From Eledone cirrhosa (lineage: Eukaryota): a stretch of 64,000 nucleotides of DNA. The notes under the pieces were generated by a model. The model saw only the letters and a program-made list of their open reading frames with translations. It was not told where the DNA came from and did not search any database. Below are positions 23,345 through 35,085 of this stretch, in pieces; position 1 is the first letter of the stretch, and each line of letters opens with the position of its first letter. Both the position numbers and the translations under genes were made by a program. The stretch spans positions 37,820,001 to 37,884,000 of the forward strand of contig OZ024753.1 in the NCBI GenBank assembly GCA_964016885.1. The letters are read 5' to 3'.

Positions 23345-23545
23345 GTTATTCTTTATTAAGGTTAACTGATGTCTTGTTACTCTGGAGTTTTATTCCCCTG
23401 TGTACTGACAGGATCATCAAACAAAAGTTTCTTTCTATTGATTCTGTGATTACACAGATGAAGCTCCAGAGTAATAAGAACTCACCATATAGCTGAGATA
23501 AAAAAAACAATATTAAACTCTACTTCGGTATTATTGAGTACTCAT
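23345..23545. mobile_element. palindromic element with a decayed hammerhead (probable Penelope pLTR / retrozyme derivative)
   Basis: Arms tcttgttactctggagtt and aagctccagagtaataaga. On - (23427-23371): uuuugu-UUGAUGA-uccugu..acagg-ggaau-AAAA-CUC-ca-GAG-UA-acaaga. Shares the tail tattaaactctacttcggtatt with 27395-27545. Confidence 0.55.
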
Positions 23546-26088
23546 TCTCGTGTCCGTCAACATCACACGGATATATATGGGCTAACGGGGGAACCGTATC
23601 CTCCTCCTAATTTATATAAAACCTATTTCAAGGTTTATGAAATGTCAATATATATCGTGTTTAAGATTGGGTTCCATCCCTAGGTTGTCTTAATTTATAA
23701 ATAAAACATACATTTATTTAGGAATCCGACACACTTCCGGTCCCATACATTTGGGTTAAAGGATTCGCAATCTGTATAGACTCTATTAATAGTGGTCCCT
23801 TACATTGCTCTATACTATAGAGCAATCTATACTAAAGAGCAATGTAAGGCACCACTACTAATGTGTTCCTTGTGTATCTACAGAGGTGTATTTGGCATCC
23901 TTTCTTCAATGTGAAACATTAAAACTATAATGTATATATATAGCATAAAGATTAAAATGTGTTTTGTACTCTGTATTTCGTAATTTATATTGTTAAAATT
24001 ATTTATTAATTAACCAGATAAAATTTTCAAACGCCACCGGGGGGGTCTTTTCTGAAGACCCTCTACTGTCCAACTCTCCTGTGAGTTTCTTACCACCACA
24101 CGGAGTTAAAAACTTTTATATTTTGGATTTCATAATTGATGTTGAGCGTCGAACAAAGTGCTTTGCGACATTTCGTTGCTTACTGACTATGCTTTTCATC
24201 TTTTCGAGGTCACTGCAATAAAGTACCAGTCAAATACTACGATCGATTATATTGACTTCCAGAACCAAAAAATTGCTGGCTTCGTGTCTAAATTAGAAAT
24301 CTCAATTTCCAAAATTTCCAACACACAGTGAATGTGTATTTGGTACTTTATGTATACAAAACTAAATAAATGCACTGTCATCATAACCAAGGTGGTCAGT
24401 CTTTGTAGATAGTAATTTCATATTTATCTTCCTCGTACCATTAAGGAAGGATTATTGTTTATATAATCAGAATTGGTTCTTTTTTATTGTTTGCCTTTTG
24501 TTATGGTTGTTTTTTATCCTCTCCATAATATCATCCTCTACACCCGTATCCAGACGGAATAAAATCCTAAAATACCAGGAATTGTCGGCAAACTAATTTT
24601 TTTTTCAGTCTGTGGCAATTGAGACATTTTGATGAGCTGAGTTGCTGGCAATGAGGTTCTTGACATTGTTAGCGATGTATTAGTTGATGTTCCTGTTAAA
24701 GGTACTTGGCTATTCGTCTGTGTTCGCTTGCCTCAAACATTATTAGAAGGAAACACTAGCACCCCTTGTGGTATATGATTAAGTGTTCGAGTCTTCTCCC
24801 ACGTTTTTCACTTCTTTTTTTTTTATAAATTGTATTTATATACTAATAAAATATGATTTACGAAAGAAACAAATTAATATTCCACTGCCATAACCTCGCT
24901 ATCACCTATGAAGCTGCCCTATGATTAATATATTCTACAGATAATTATCAAATTGGTATAACTTTGGTATGGTACTAAGAGTACACTTTATAGATTCAAC
25001 CACTTTTCCAGCTGTTCCATTTGATGGCAACTTATATGTGGATGTTTCAATCTTCTTTCATACCATTTTACTCGACTATTAAGTGAAATATATATGATAT
25101 ATATATATATTTATCCCGGGTTCAATCGGGGGTAACCACAGTAAATGAGGTACTCAAAATGTAGATGCCTTTCTATATATATATATATATATATATAACG
25201 TGTCTTTTATATCCTACAAAATTGTTCTTTCTTTATAGAATTTCGCTTTTTAAAGCGATTTGTGGGATATTTAAAAAAGAATCGAGTAAATTTTGAAGTT
25301 GACTCGATGTTTTATTGTCTATGAGTAATTTAAAAAATAACAATAATCCTTTGTCTTCACTCACGGATTACTAAAAATTGATATTTGAATTTCACTGATT
25401 CTTGAAAATCTCTTAATATCTTAACAAAAAGCCAAAAACCTTTTTAGATTCAGCTATTCATTTAATCCGGAACATCAAGGCTTCTTAGATTAGAAACCCC
25501 CACCCTAAAAAAAAAATAAACACGAAATCAAATCTTTAAACAAAAACATTTTCGTATGTATTTATAAGAAAGTAAACTAGATACACACCTAGAATTTTAT
25601 AAACTGCATTGTATTCAAAATAAATATTGTTGATTAAATACGTAGATACGGGCTATAAAAACTGGCACAACAGCTTTATTTGTTTTTGTAAAAAAAATGT
25701 AAATATTATCTCTTAATCTTGTAGTAGCTTCCGTTATATATATATTTTATATATATATATATACTTACATAAATATATACTTCGCTTTAATCTAAGATTG
25801 GTTGGATTTCTATACATATGTATATACACACACGCATGTATGTGTATATATAATATATATATGTGTGTGTGTATATACATGTATTCTGTTATACCTATGC
25901 CGTTAAAGACACGACTATTTTCGAGTTTTAATTTATTTATGAACACGTTCTCGTATTTTATAAGGTATCTACAGTCCATAATTTACATATATGCATGTAA
26001 GCACCCCCAACTCATCTCGAATTATTATGATCCGAATATATGTATGTGTGTATACACACACACATATATATATACGTATGTATACACA

Positions 26089-26139
<51 letters not shown>

Positions 26140-27016
26140 TACTTGTGTGTGTGTGTGCTAGCCACCTTTACATCTGCAACCAAGTTCAGATAATTTTGTC
26201 TGCACTGTACGAGAGGAGGTAACGAAGAACCTGTAAGCGATTACTTGCCCTGCTAGACATAGCTGCTAAATCTTCAAATCACTCACTACTATCGTTTTAA
26301 GAGAGGAAGAACGAAATAGATAGTTCAGTCCTAGATTTCACGATATTTAAAAAGGAAAGGAGAAAAAAAAGACAGCTAGAAATTCTTTGATCACACGCCT
26401 ACCCTGTCAGGTCCGTCCTAGGGTTAAATAACAACAAAAACTAAGATGAGTTCGGTGGAGGTAGAATTGTTTAAATAAATTTCTGCTGTAAAATAACAAT
26501 GTGAATCAATGAACGAATGGCTATACCCTCGCCCTCACATTTTTGCTAACTGAATAGATCAAAGTCGTTCCAACCATGACCATTCGGTCTTTATTTTTTT
26601 ATTTTTGCTATAGTGAACATAAGACTAAATTATTCAATGTCTTTTTTCTTAAGATTATAGGGCGTGAATAGTGAAATATATGACTTGTTTCTAGCAAATC
26701 GAAATCTTTGATCGGGGAGAAAATCTATGTACAAAAGCGTTCCAACCGCGACCATTCTGTCTTTATAACAAACAGTGTATCTAGGACTAAATTAGGAGAT
26801 AGTAGTGTGTAATTTAAGGGAAATTTGGCTGTTATTTAGTGGTTCACGACATTATATATATATATATATATATATATAGATATAGTGAGAGAGAGATCAG
26901 GATTTCACCAGTTTTAAACTAGTTAGAGTACTCGATACATGGGTATAGTAGAGTCGGCTGAGTCTGCAATTTGGTGTCGAAGCAGCAAGAGCTCAGCCGT
27001 CGGGCCCGACTCTAAT

Positions 27017-27050
<34 letters not shown>

Positions 27051-27394
27051 TACATAACAAGTGTTGTTTAATTCATAACCTTGATAATGCATATTTTGCA
27101 GAGATAGATTTTCGAAGTTGTATATTATAATTATATTTACAAATTAAAAACAAGTTATAATTTTTTTTAATTACAAAAATTACCAGATGTCTGATCTTAA
27201 AACGATGGATTACCCACGTTTTGTTTCATGTGTTTTATGCATATTATGCATGTAATGCTCGTCACCCACCCCCTATGTTTTTATAGTGTTATGTAATTTT
27301 TCTCTTGAATTTGTTGTTGACGTATGAAAAATATATATATACTATTGGTCTTGTATTTCTTGTTGATGTATGTAGATTAAATATAATTATATAC

Positions 27395-27545
27395 ATTCAT
27401 TTTATTATTGCTGAATGGTGAATCTTGTTACTCTAGAGTTTCGCCTGTTTATCGGCGTCTGGCGAAACTCCAGAGTAAGAAGACTCACTATTCAACCTTA
27501 ATAAAATGAATATTAAAACTCTACTTCGGTATTGAATACTCCTTT
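27395..27545. mobile_element. palindromic element of the same family, about 50-bp arms, each carrying GGCGAAACTC(C/T)AGAGTA
   Basis: Arms about 27395-27445 and 27461-27511 are reverse complements around a 15-nt spacer; the hammerhead CUGAUGA half is absent. Confidence 0.6.
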
Positions 27546-28807
27546 CTCTCAGCTGTCAACTACATACTCATATATATATATATATATATTACGCCATCTT
27601 AGTAAGAGAGAAGTGCCGACAGAATAAATTGTTTGAGAATATTTTGATGGCATGTTAGAAGCATTATATAACCGAATCTTAACGGTTAATATAATGTTTG
27701 TCGGAATAAATATATGTACCGATCCGATGTTACATTTCACTGATGATTCGTTGATCTGTAAAAGAAATATTAATAGAGAAAAAGATGTTTAATGTGCAAA
27801 ATTCATTCTCTGTCTGTCTCTTGCTTATGTGCGTGTATGTATGTATGTGTGTATACATATATATGTGGGGTGGGATATCTATGTGTGTGTGTGTGTGTGT
27901 ATACTTTACCCAAAAGACACCACATTTTGTGAATATTATTTCATAATGCTTGTTACTATATATTTTTTATTTATGCTTATTTCTTATATAAATATAAAAC
28001 ATAAAATACTGAATATAATTTGATATCACGTTTAATGGATCACTCGTTTTATTCGTCTTGGGTTTTATTAGTATTTCTATTATAATAAACTATAATTTCA
28101 TTTCCTTAAAAACAAGTAACAATTGCATAGAACATGCACAAACAGGCATTCTCCAAACGTACGCATAAAGACGTAATTATATTTTTTCATATTGTACATA
28201 CTAATGTATATAACTGAATGGGTCATCTAAATAGTTGTTCACTGTACATCTGGTTGTTAAACGACGGTAGCTAGCTATCCTTTAAGAGTAAGTTACAAGT
28301 GTTGCTGCAAAAATACATGTTAAGAACAGTACTCATTCTAATTCAATGTATACGCTGTGTATTTATAGCATCATTATTATTCAGTTGCATAACTCGCACT
28401 TTGTATACATATTACAAGCATATATATTAAAATAAAGATAACCATCGCTTTGAGTGCGTGAGAGAGAGAAGGAAAGGAGGGGGAGACAAACAGACAAAGA
28501 GAGAAAAACAGACAAACGATGAAAGAGCGAGTGAGAGTAAGAGGAAGAAAGCGATGTCAACCTCATATTTGTTATCCGATTGTCACAGCCCAGACATGAA
28601 CGTGCAATTAAATAGAGTGTTTATTGATATACAAGAAGCCTTTCCTCGATAATTGCCTTTAACAATTGCTTTAATGGTGTTTAATAGCTTCAACGATAAA
28701 TTAAGACGTCGATGCGAAATTGCGAGATCCTTGATATGCATTTGCAATCGCATGCATTCATTATAGTCATATCTAGGGTTCATTCTTTCGTAATACGAAA
28801 TCGCACT

Positions 28808-29413
28808 CTTCTTCTTTGCATCTTTTTCCTGACAGGAGAGGGGGAAGGCAGAGTCCTCAAACACGCCTTCCAGCTGGACCAGTCAGAAGCAACTGTTTCC
28901 AATTGATCCTGGCTGGAACCCCTAGCGAAACCAGCCAAGCTTATTGATGTTATCCAACCATCTTGCACGGTGTCTACCCTTGGGTCTCCTGCCTGTTGGC
29001 GATCTTTCAATTGATCTCCGAGTTACGCACTCTATCGAGTAACGTTACTCCAAAGACCCTTCGGAGGAATCCCATTTCGGCCGCTTGTATTCAAGATTCA
29101 TGACCATGAGTAAGTACGAATACCGAATTGAAGATAACGAGTTTGGCTTATTATGCCTACCTCCTCTCTTCTGATTGCTTAATGCTGAAGCTGGCTCATT
29201 ACTGCACCAACTCCTGTAATTCGTGCACTTAATTCAACCTCCTGCCTTCTACTACTCGAAATACTTGAACTTCTCCACCTACTTCAGCGGAACTCCAATC
29301 ATATGTTGAGTGCACTGCACAGACTTCTTTGAGAGAACGAGTGTGTCAATCTTCGCAGTACTAATTTTCATTCCAGCCGTTAAGTATACCGCATCAAACC
29401 TATCAAGTGCGTG
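28808..29413 (-). mobile_element. RTE LINE fragment (RT to 3' end, internally deleted)
   Basis: Similar to the reverse complement of 2480-2660 and 22200-22570 (VEKFKYF; RWLDNI). Confidence 0.85.
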
Positions 29414-29448
29414 TCAATCCACAAAAAAAGATGTCACGTAATTTAATA

Positions 29449-29480
<32 letters not shown>

Positions 29481-29534
29481 AAGGGATAACTAAGATGTCG
29501 AAATAAAATAACATTCTTAAAAGCTCTCTGCTTC

Positions 29535-29685
29535 AGTGGAAGTGGTACCACAACTTGTAGGTGTAGGATCAGTCGGCTGGAATTTGTAGGCGACATGGTA
29601 TTACTTAACTCGTCTGAAGATGATCTTCCACATGCACATGACATATTTGATGCCGAGTGCTGCACGACTGGAATGAATGAAAATC
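29535..29685 (+). mobile_element. RTE RT fragment
   Basis: Aligns by eye with 2382-2530. Confidence 0.75.
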
Positions 29686-30144
29686 GGGGCTGCGAAGACT
29701 GAAACCCAGAGCAAGATAGTTGAATAACATCCATGAAGACCCACTGGAAAGGGGCATAATTAATGAAATATCAAATCGAAACAGTTGTCATGTCACAGCC
29801 ATGTTTCGTTCTGCTTGAAGATTTCGTTAAGAATACAAATGTCTGTGGAATATTCATCCACTTACACAGTAACCATACGAGTAATAAGTTCTGTTGCTCG
29901 AATCAGACTGACAATGGATGTACTTTTGCATTTCTTCATAAGATTAATGTAACGCAATGGCGTGGAAAAAAAACTAATATATTATTGCACGAGTGACTTG
30001 ACATATCTATGAGTACATATTTAGAGGGAGCTGGGTTGCTAACAACGTGGCTCTTGTCAGCCATGCCGATGTATTAGGCAATACCTTGCGACGGTGTTTA
30101 GTTATTCCAACATTTTAACGTCATTATTACTAGGTCATACCTCG

Positions 30145-30335
30145 AGGCGTAACTAGGGTATGGCAAGCATGACACATGCCATGGGCACCACTTGAATTAG
30201 GAACACTTTCTATTAAAGTCAGATAAGTTATCGTTGAAAAGTGAAGAAAGAAACTTCTTCAGATGTATGATCTGTCTTTGATTATCATGGGTGAGAAACA
30301 CTATGGTGGCTGTATCATTAAACCATTTATAGACA
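30145..30335 (+). repeat. dispersed repeat (probable DNA transposon end); second copy at 62945-63135
   Basis: The two segments align over about 190 bp (taactagg.tatggcaagcatg..catgggcac..attaaaccatttata). Confidence 0.75.
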
Positions 30336-32296
30336 TTATTAGGCTCATAGGTAAACAAAGAAAAGCGCATTGTAATTTTCATGTATTGTTTTCAATTAAC
30401 GACCATGATAGGTATTTATGTGCTGATTTTATGATTAACTGAAGGATTGGTGTGTTTATCTGTATATATTTTATTGAAATATATATATAGAGAGAGAGAG
30501 GCTTTTTGTAAGTTCTTTTCCTTTTTAATTCTTTGAAGTTTTCCTATAAGAAAGGAACTAGTTTCTAACTTAGAAAGCAAGCTGCTTCACTGGAATGTAG
30601 ATATGTACACATAAGTGGCGAATTGGCAAAGTCGTTAGAACGTCTGCGCTCTGAGTTCAAAGCTCACCCAGGTCAACTTTGCCTATAATCTTTTCGAAGT
30701 ACTGGGGTCGATTTTTCCTGGTACATATCTTTCTCACTTCCTCGCCTCTCGCTCTCTTCTTCCCTGGAAGAAACCGGCTGTCTTCAGATATGGAGGGAGA
30801 TGAGCTATGCTAGGTTTAAAATACCAAAGAAATGCCTTATCAAGGTCAACTTTGCCGTTCATTCTTCCGGCGTCGATAAAATAAAATACCAGTGAAGTAC
30901 TCGAATCGATTTGATCGAATTTCCCCTCCCCTAAGATTACTTGTCTTGTACCTAATTTAGAAGTAATCTATTAATCATTTCAGAATACTGAAGATAGCTA
31001 ATGCAATTAGTCAGTTCATCACCATTTGTCTACGATCCTGCTATAAGCTGATGTTTTTTTCTTGACAGTAACTGCAGTATCAGTAGAGTTGATTAAATCA
31101 TTAATATCGTTTGCCTTTATCAAAAGAATCTATTTACCAGGTTTGTTTTTTTCTAGTTTTTGTTATACGAAAGTGTGTGTACGTGTGAGCTTGTGTTCAG
31201 GAATTATGGTGCTCGAGATGTTTCAGGGGAGCTGGGCCTGACAAGGTTCTATTCAGTGTTGGCGGGTTCCTTTATCGATGTATTAGATGGTGTTCGCGAG
31301 AGTACTTTGTTATTCCAGTATCTTAGCCTCGCTATCACTTGGCCTTAGTGATGTACGCAAGGTGTGCTTGATTATTTCCAGTATCTTTGTCTCGCTATCT
31401 TTCGCGAGAGTGCTGCAAGTGTGTTGGTTTGCCTCAAAAATTATTGGAGGGAAAGTTCATTGGACCTTATCGTGACGTGTGATTGAGTGTACGTGTCTTC
31501 TCTCATCTTTTTCTCATTAACAAATATATATATATTGTTTGTATGCATAATTTTTGCTAAATAAAAGTATTTGTAATAAGCTTCAATATATACATTATGT
31601 AGCCTAGAAACGTGGAAGACCCAAATATTTATCGTAGGATAAATATATGTTTATTTATTAATTTTCAACATATCTAAGATGTTTCAGCAAAGCTAATGTT
31701 CGTTCAGCCTCTTCATATAAACATAACAAGAAAATTCGTGATACAGCACGATATATAGTCTACAAAACATATCTTCTGCTATTAAAATTATGTTTATTAT
31801 ATAACTACTACTTCCAGTGCATACTTTTTACTCGTATACATAAGAAACAATTATTTTAATAATAAAATAATTGTTTCTACTTTAGGCACAAGGCCAGAAA
31901 ATACCCAGTGCATTACTGGTACTTTATTTTATCGACCCCGTAAGGATGAAAGGCAAAGTCAACCTCGGCGGGATTTGAACTCATTATTTTAATAATAATG
32001 ATGATGATTTTTAATCTCGGCACAAAGCCTGCAGTTCGCGGAGAGATAAAAATCGATTATATCGAACCAGTATTTGACTGGTACTTTTTTTTTATCGACC
32101 CTGAAAAGATGAAAGGCAAAGTTGAACTCGGCGTTATTTGAACTCAGGTTGTAAAAGGCAGGAATAAATTCCACAAAGCTACGCTCTAACGATCCTGCCA
32201 GTCCACTGGCCCTTTTAATAATATTGTCAGTAAGCTCCTCTCATCTATACTATAAAAATGTATTACAAAAGTGTTTACAGGACGCGTGGGAGTGTG

Positions 32297-32337
<41 letters not shown>

Positions 32338-34856
32338 TAATATAAATTAAATATATCATAATAGATAGACATAAAATCATAGAATTAGGGAATATATTTA
32401 ATTGATTTAATCAACTCTAGTATTAACTAGTACCTTTTGTATCGTCCCTGGAAGGACAAAAGGTATTAATCATTAATAAACAATCCTTCTCGCAGTTGTT
32501 AATTGTATATCTCTATATCATACCAGCTAAGTTAGTGACATCGTACGGAAAATAAATTTATCACTGAATGTTTTGTAACAAAACAATATCTTTCTCTGTA
32601 AGCTAGATACCACAACAATACAACAAACATACATATTTTGTGAATATAACGTAACAAAATAGTTTTTATTCTATATGCGGATTCGTTCCTGTGTATTAAA
32701 CCCTCGATTAAATTTACTTGATATACGCTAGTTTTAAACATAATCAATCATCTTTAATGTTTTATGTTTATGTTATAAAACTGACATTAATTCATATTAA
32801 TCGCAGGAAATTATATAATCGCTAATGTTATGCTTACTGCAAAATAACGAATATAAGGTCATTAATTTTAATACAAAATAACTTAGATTTTATATATATA
32901 TATATATATATTTGTCATAGTTGAATATAATAGTTTAGAGATTACTCAATACATACTATTAAAATATGTATTGATATATAAATTAGTAAAACTTTCAAAT
33001 TGATCTTTAAACCTCGTCAATAACTCCTTAACATGGGTTAATTTTAAGAGTGCTAATTAAGTAATTTGTTCAAAAAAATGATAAATCATCTACATAGTTT
33101 AATAAATTATTCAGTATTCAAAATTCCCCCTATAATTAGATATCTAGATAATAATTTCCCTTAATATGATGACATACTTTCAACTCTGAATATTTTTTCT
33201 CAACATATATGTCTATACGTCAAGACGATTTAAGCGAAGGGAACTTTTTCGGTGAGCACCGATTTGCAGAGTCTAACGTGCGGCTGGATAGATGGTCGGC
33301 CGTGCTATGTTGCTTGTATTGGTAAATAACTGGTCGGAATTGATCAAAGAAATGTTGCAGTTGACTTTAGAGTTACCTCCCGTGCTTCGTTGAGCTCTCC
33401 TGTTTACAGTGCCTGTTTTCCAAGTTTCATGCGCAAACGACACCTAGCGGAAACTATGTATATATATTACTTTATTTTTTTGTATTTTTATTGTATTTTC
33501 AAATTATTGTGTTTTTGTTTTCTCAATTACCTGCATTTTATTTTATTTAAAAAAAATATTTATACAATATATTTATTTATTTATCCCCTCTCAAGATTTT
33601 ATATAAATATTTTATAAATGTTAATATTTATATTTTCACTTTGTGTGTCTTTAATAACGACAAAATTAACTTACGGTCGTTAGAAAATATACATCGTACA
33701 TGATATAAACACTTAGATTATATATATATATATACACAAATATATTAAATGCATAATATATACATACACTTAATGTGCATATATACACACTCATACATTT
33801 ATCATATATAAATATGCACACACGCATAATATATATATATCGTAGATAGTTCTGCTTCTTAATTTCCAATATTTATTTCGAAATATACAATTTTTTAAAA
33901 GTTTACCAAGTCCTTTTTTTTTTAAAAATAATTTCTGGCCAAACGCAATCAAAATCATCCTTCATACTCTACATGTATATTAAAATAGAAAAACGTTTTA
34001 AGCGATATAGTATTTTTTTTTAAACCTGAAAAGTAGGGCGTGGAGATGGCTGAAGACCAGACATGATGTTTAAATAACTTATTGTTCTGAGTTCAAATCC
34101 CACTATATTTACACCTAGAAGTATAAATTAGGATTGGTTCCAGCTAAAAGAAATTCGATATACGAAAGCTAGACGCATAAGTGCTACGATCGTCTTTTTT
34201 TTTTTTTTTTTTTCAAGCCATTTCGCAATTGTCATTTTCTTTTAGAACTCTCGATATCGCCTGGTCGATTCACCATATTGCCAACCATTTTAAAAATTAG
34301 CCTATGATTCTTTTTGATTTTTTTTTAACTTAAGCATTTTTTTTCAGATATGTTATAGTATATTGATACAAGTGTTTCTTCATACAATTTTTTAGCGTCG
34401 ATACTTTTTTGTCATCTTAGTTGATTTAAGTTTAAAATCTGGAAACTAATATACTTGTGCCATTTGTTATATAATTAGTTATTACTAGAGAGGAAGAAGA
34501 GTGACATAATTAAAAAATATTAAGATGTTTTAGAACTTGTAAATATTTGACAGTAAACAGAAAATTATACGTTACACACACGCACGATATATTATATATA
34601 TATAAACTAAATAACATATAATCTTCTAATTATCATTGTCAAGTTCTGAATGGATCGTTCTATTTTTATTAAGATTTAGAAAAAATGATAGGGAAAATAT
34701 ATACCGAACTATGACTGACATTTTCATATATTTATATTATGAAATATATGAAAATATTGAAGGCATAGTTAGACTAATAGTGAGATTTACTAAGATGACG
34801 GGACGGTTGTTAGTTGTACGCATGCTCCACTTGAGCAATACGCCGAAGACAACCGA

Positions 34857-34886
34857 ATGTGACGTCACATAAGGTTTATGACGTCA
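34857..34886 (+). promoter_or_regulatory. two perfect CRE palindromes TGACGTCA (34860-34867, 34879-34886) in the MED26 promoter
   Basis: Exact 8-mers about 140-165 bp upstream of the ATG in a CpG-enriched patch. The first extends to the 14-bp palindrome ATGTGACGTCACAT. Confidence 0.65.
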
Positions 34887-35022
34887 GAGGAGAGGTAAGT
34901 TTCCCAGATGGCAGTGCGGTTTAGAAAACCTGACAATGTATGGTCGACCGCCATTCTGGTGGCTGAACTTCGGTCACTCGCTTGGCAGAAGTGCCGTAAC
35001 CTAGGAGTATTCCATCGACCCA

Positions 35023-35085
35023 ATGCAGTTCTCTCCTATAGAGATAAAAGAGAGGCTTACAAGGGCTCTTGACGAAGACAACAAT
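35023..35085 (+). CDS. MED26: MED26 exon 1
   Basis: [21 protein letters not shown]|gtaaga; resembles the vertebrate SPQQIRDRLLQAID. Confidence 0.85.

Noticed and set aside
25734-26222. Tyr/Ile-rich ORFs
   Set aside because: Translations of (TA)n/(CA)n microsatellites.
27728-27790. Further hammerhead candidate (CTGATGA...GAAA on +)
   Set aside because: No convincing stem II or stem III pairing.
31160-31500. Possible second Penelope 3' relic on - strand
   Set aside because: Only a weak LIHR..PTLNR resemblance; not enough to call.
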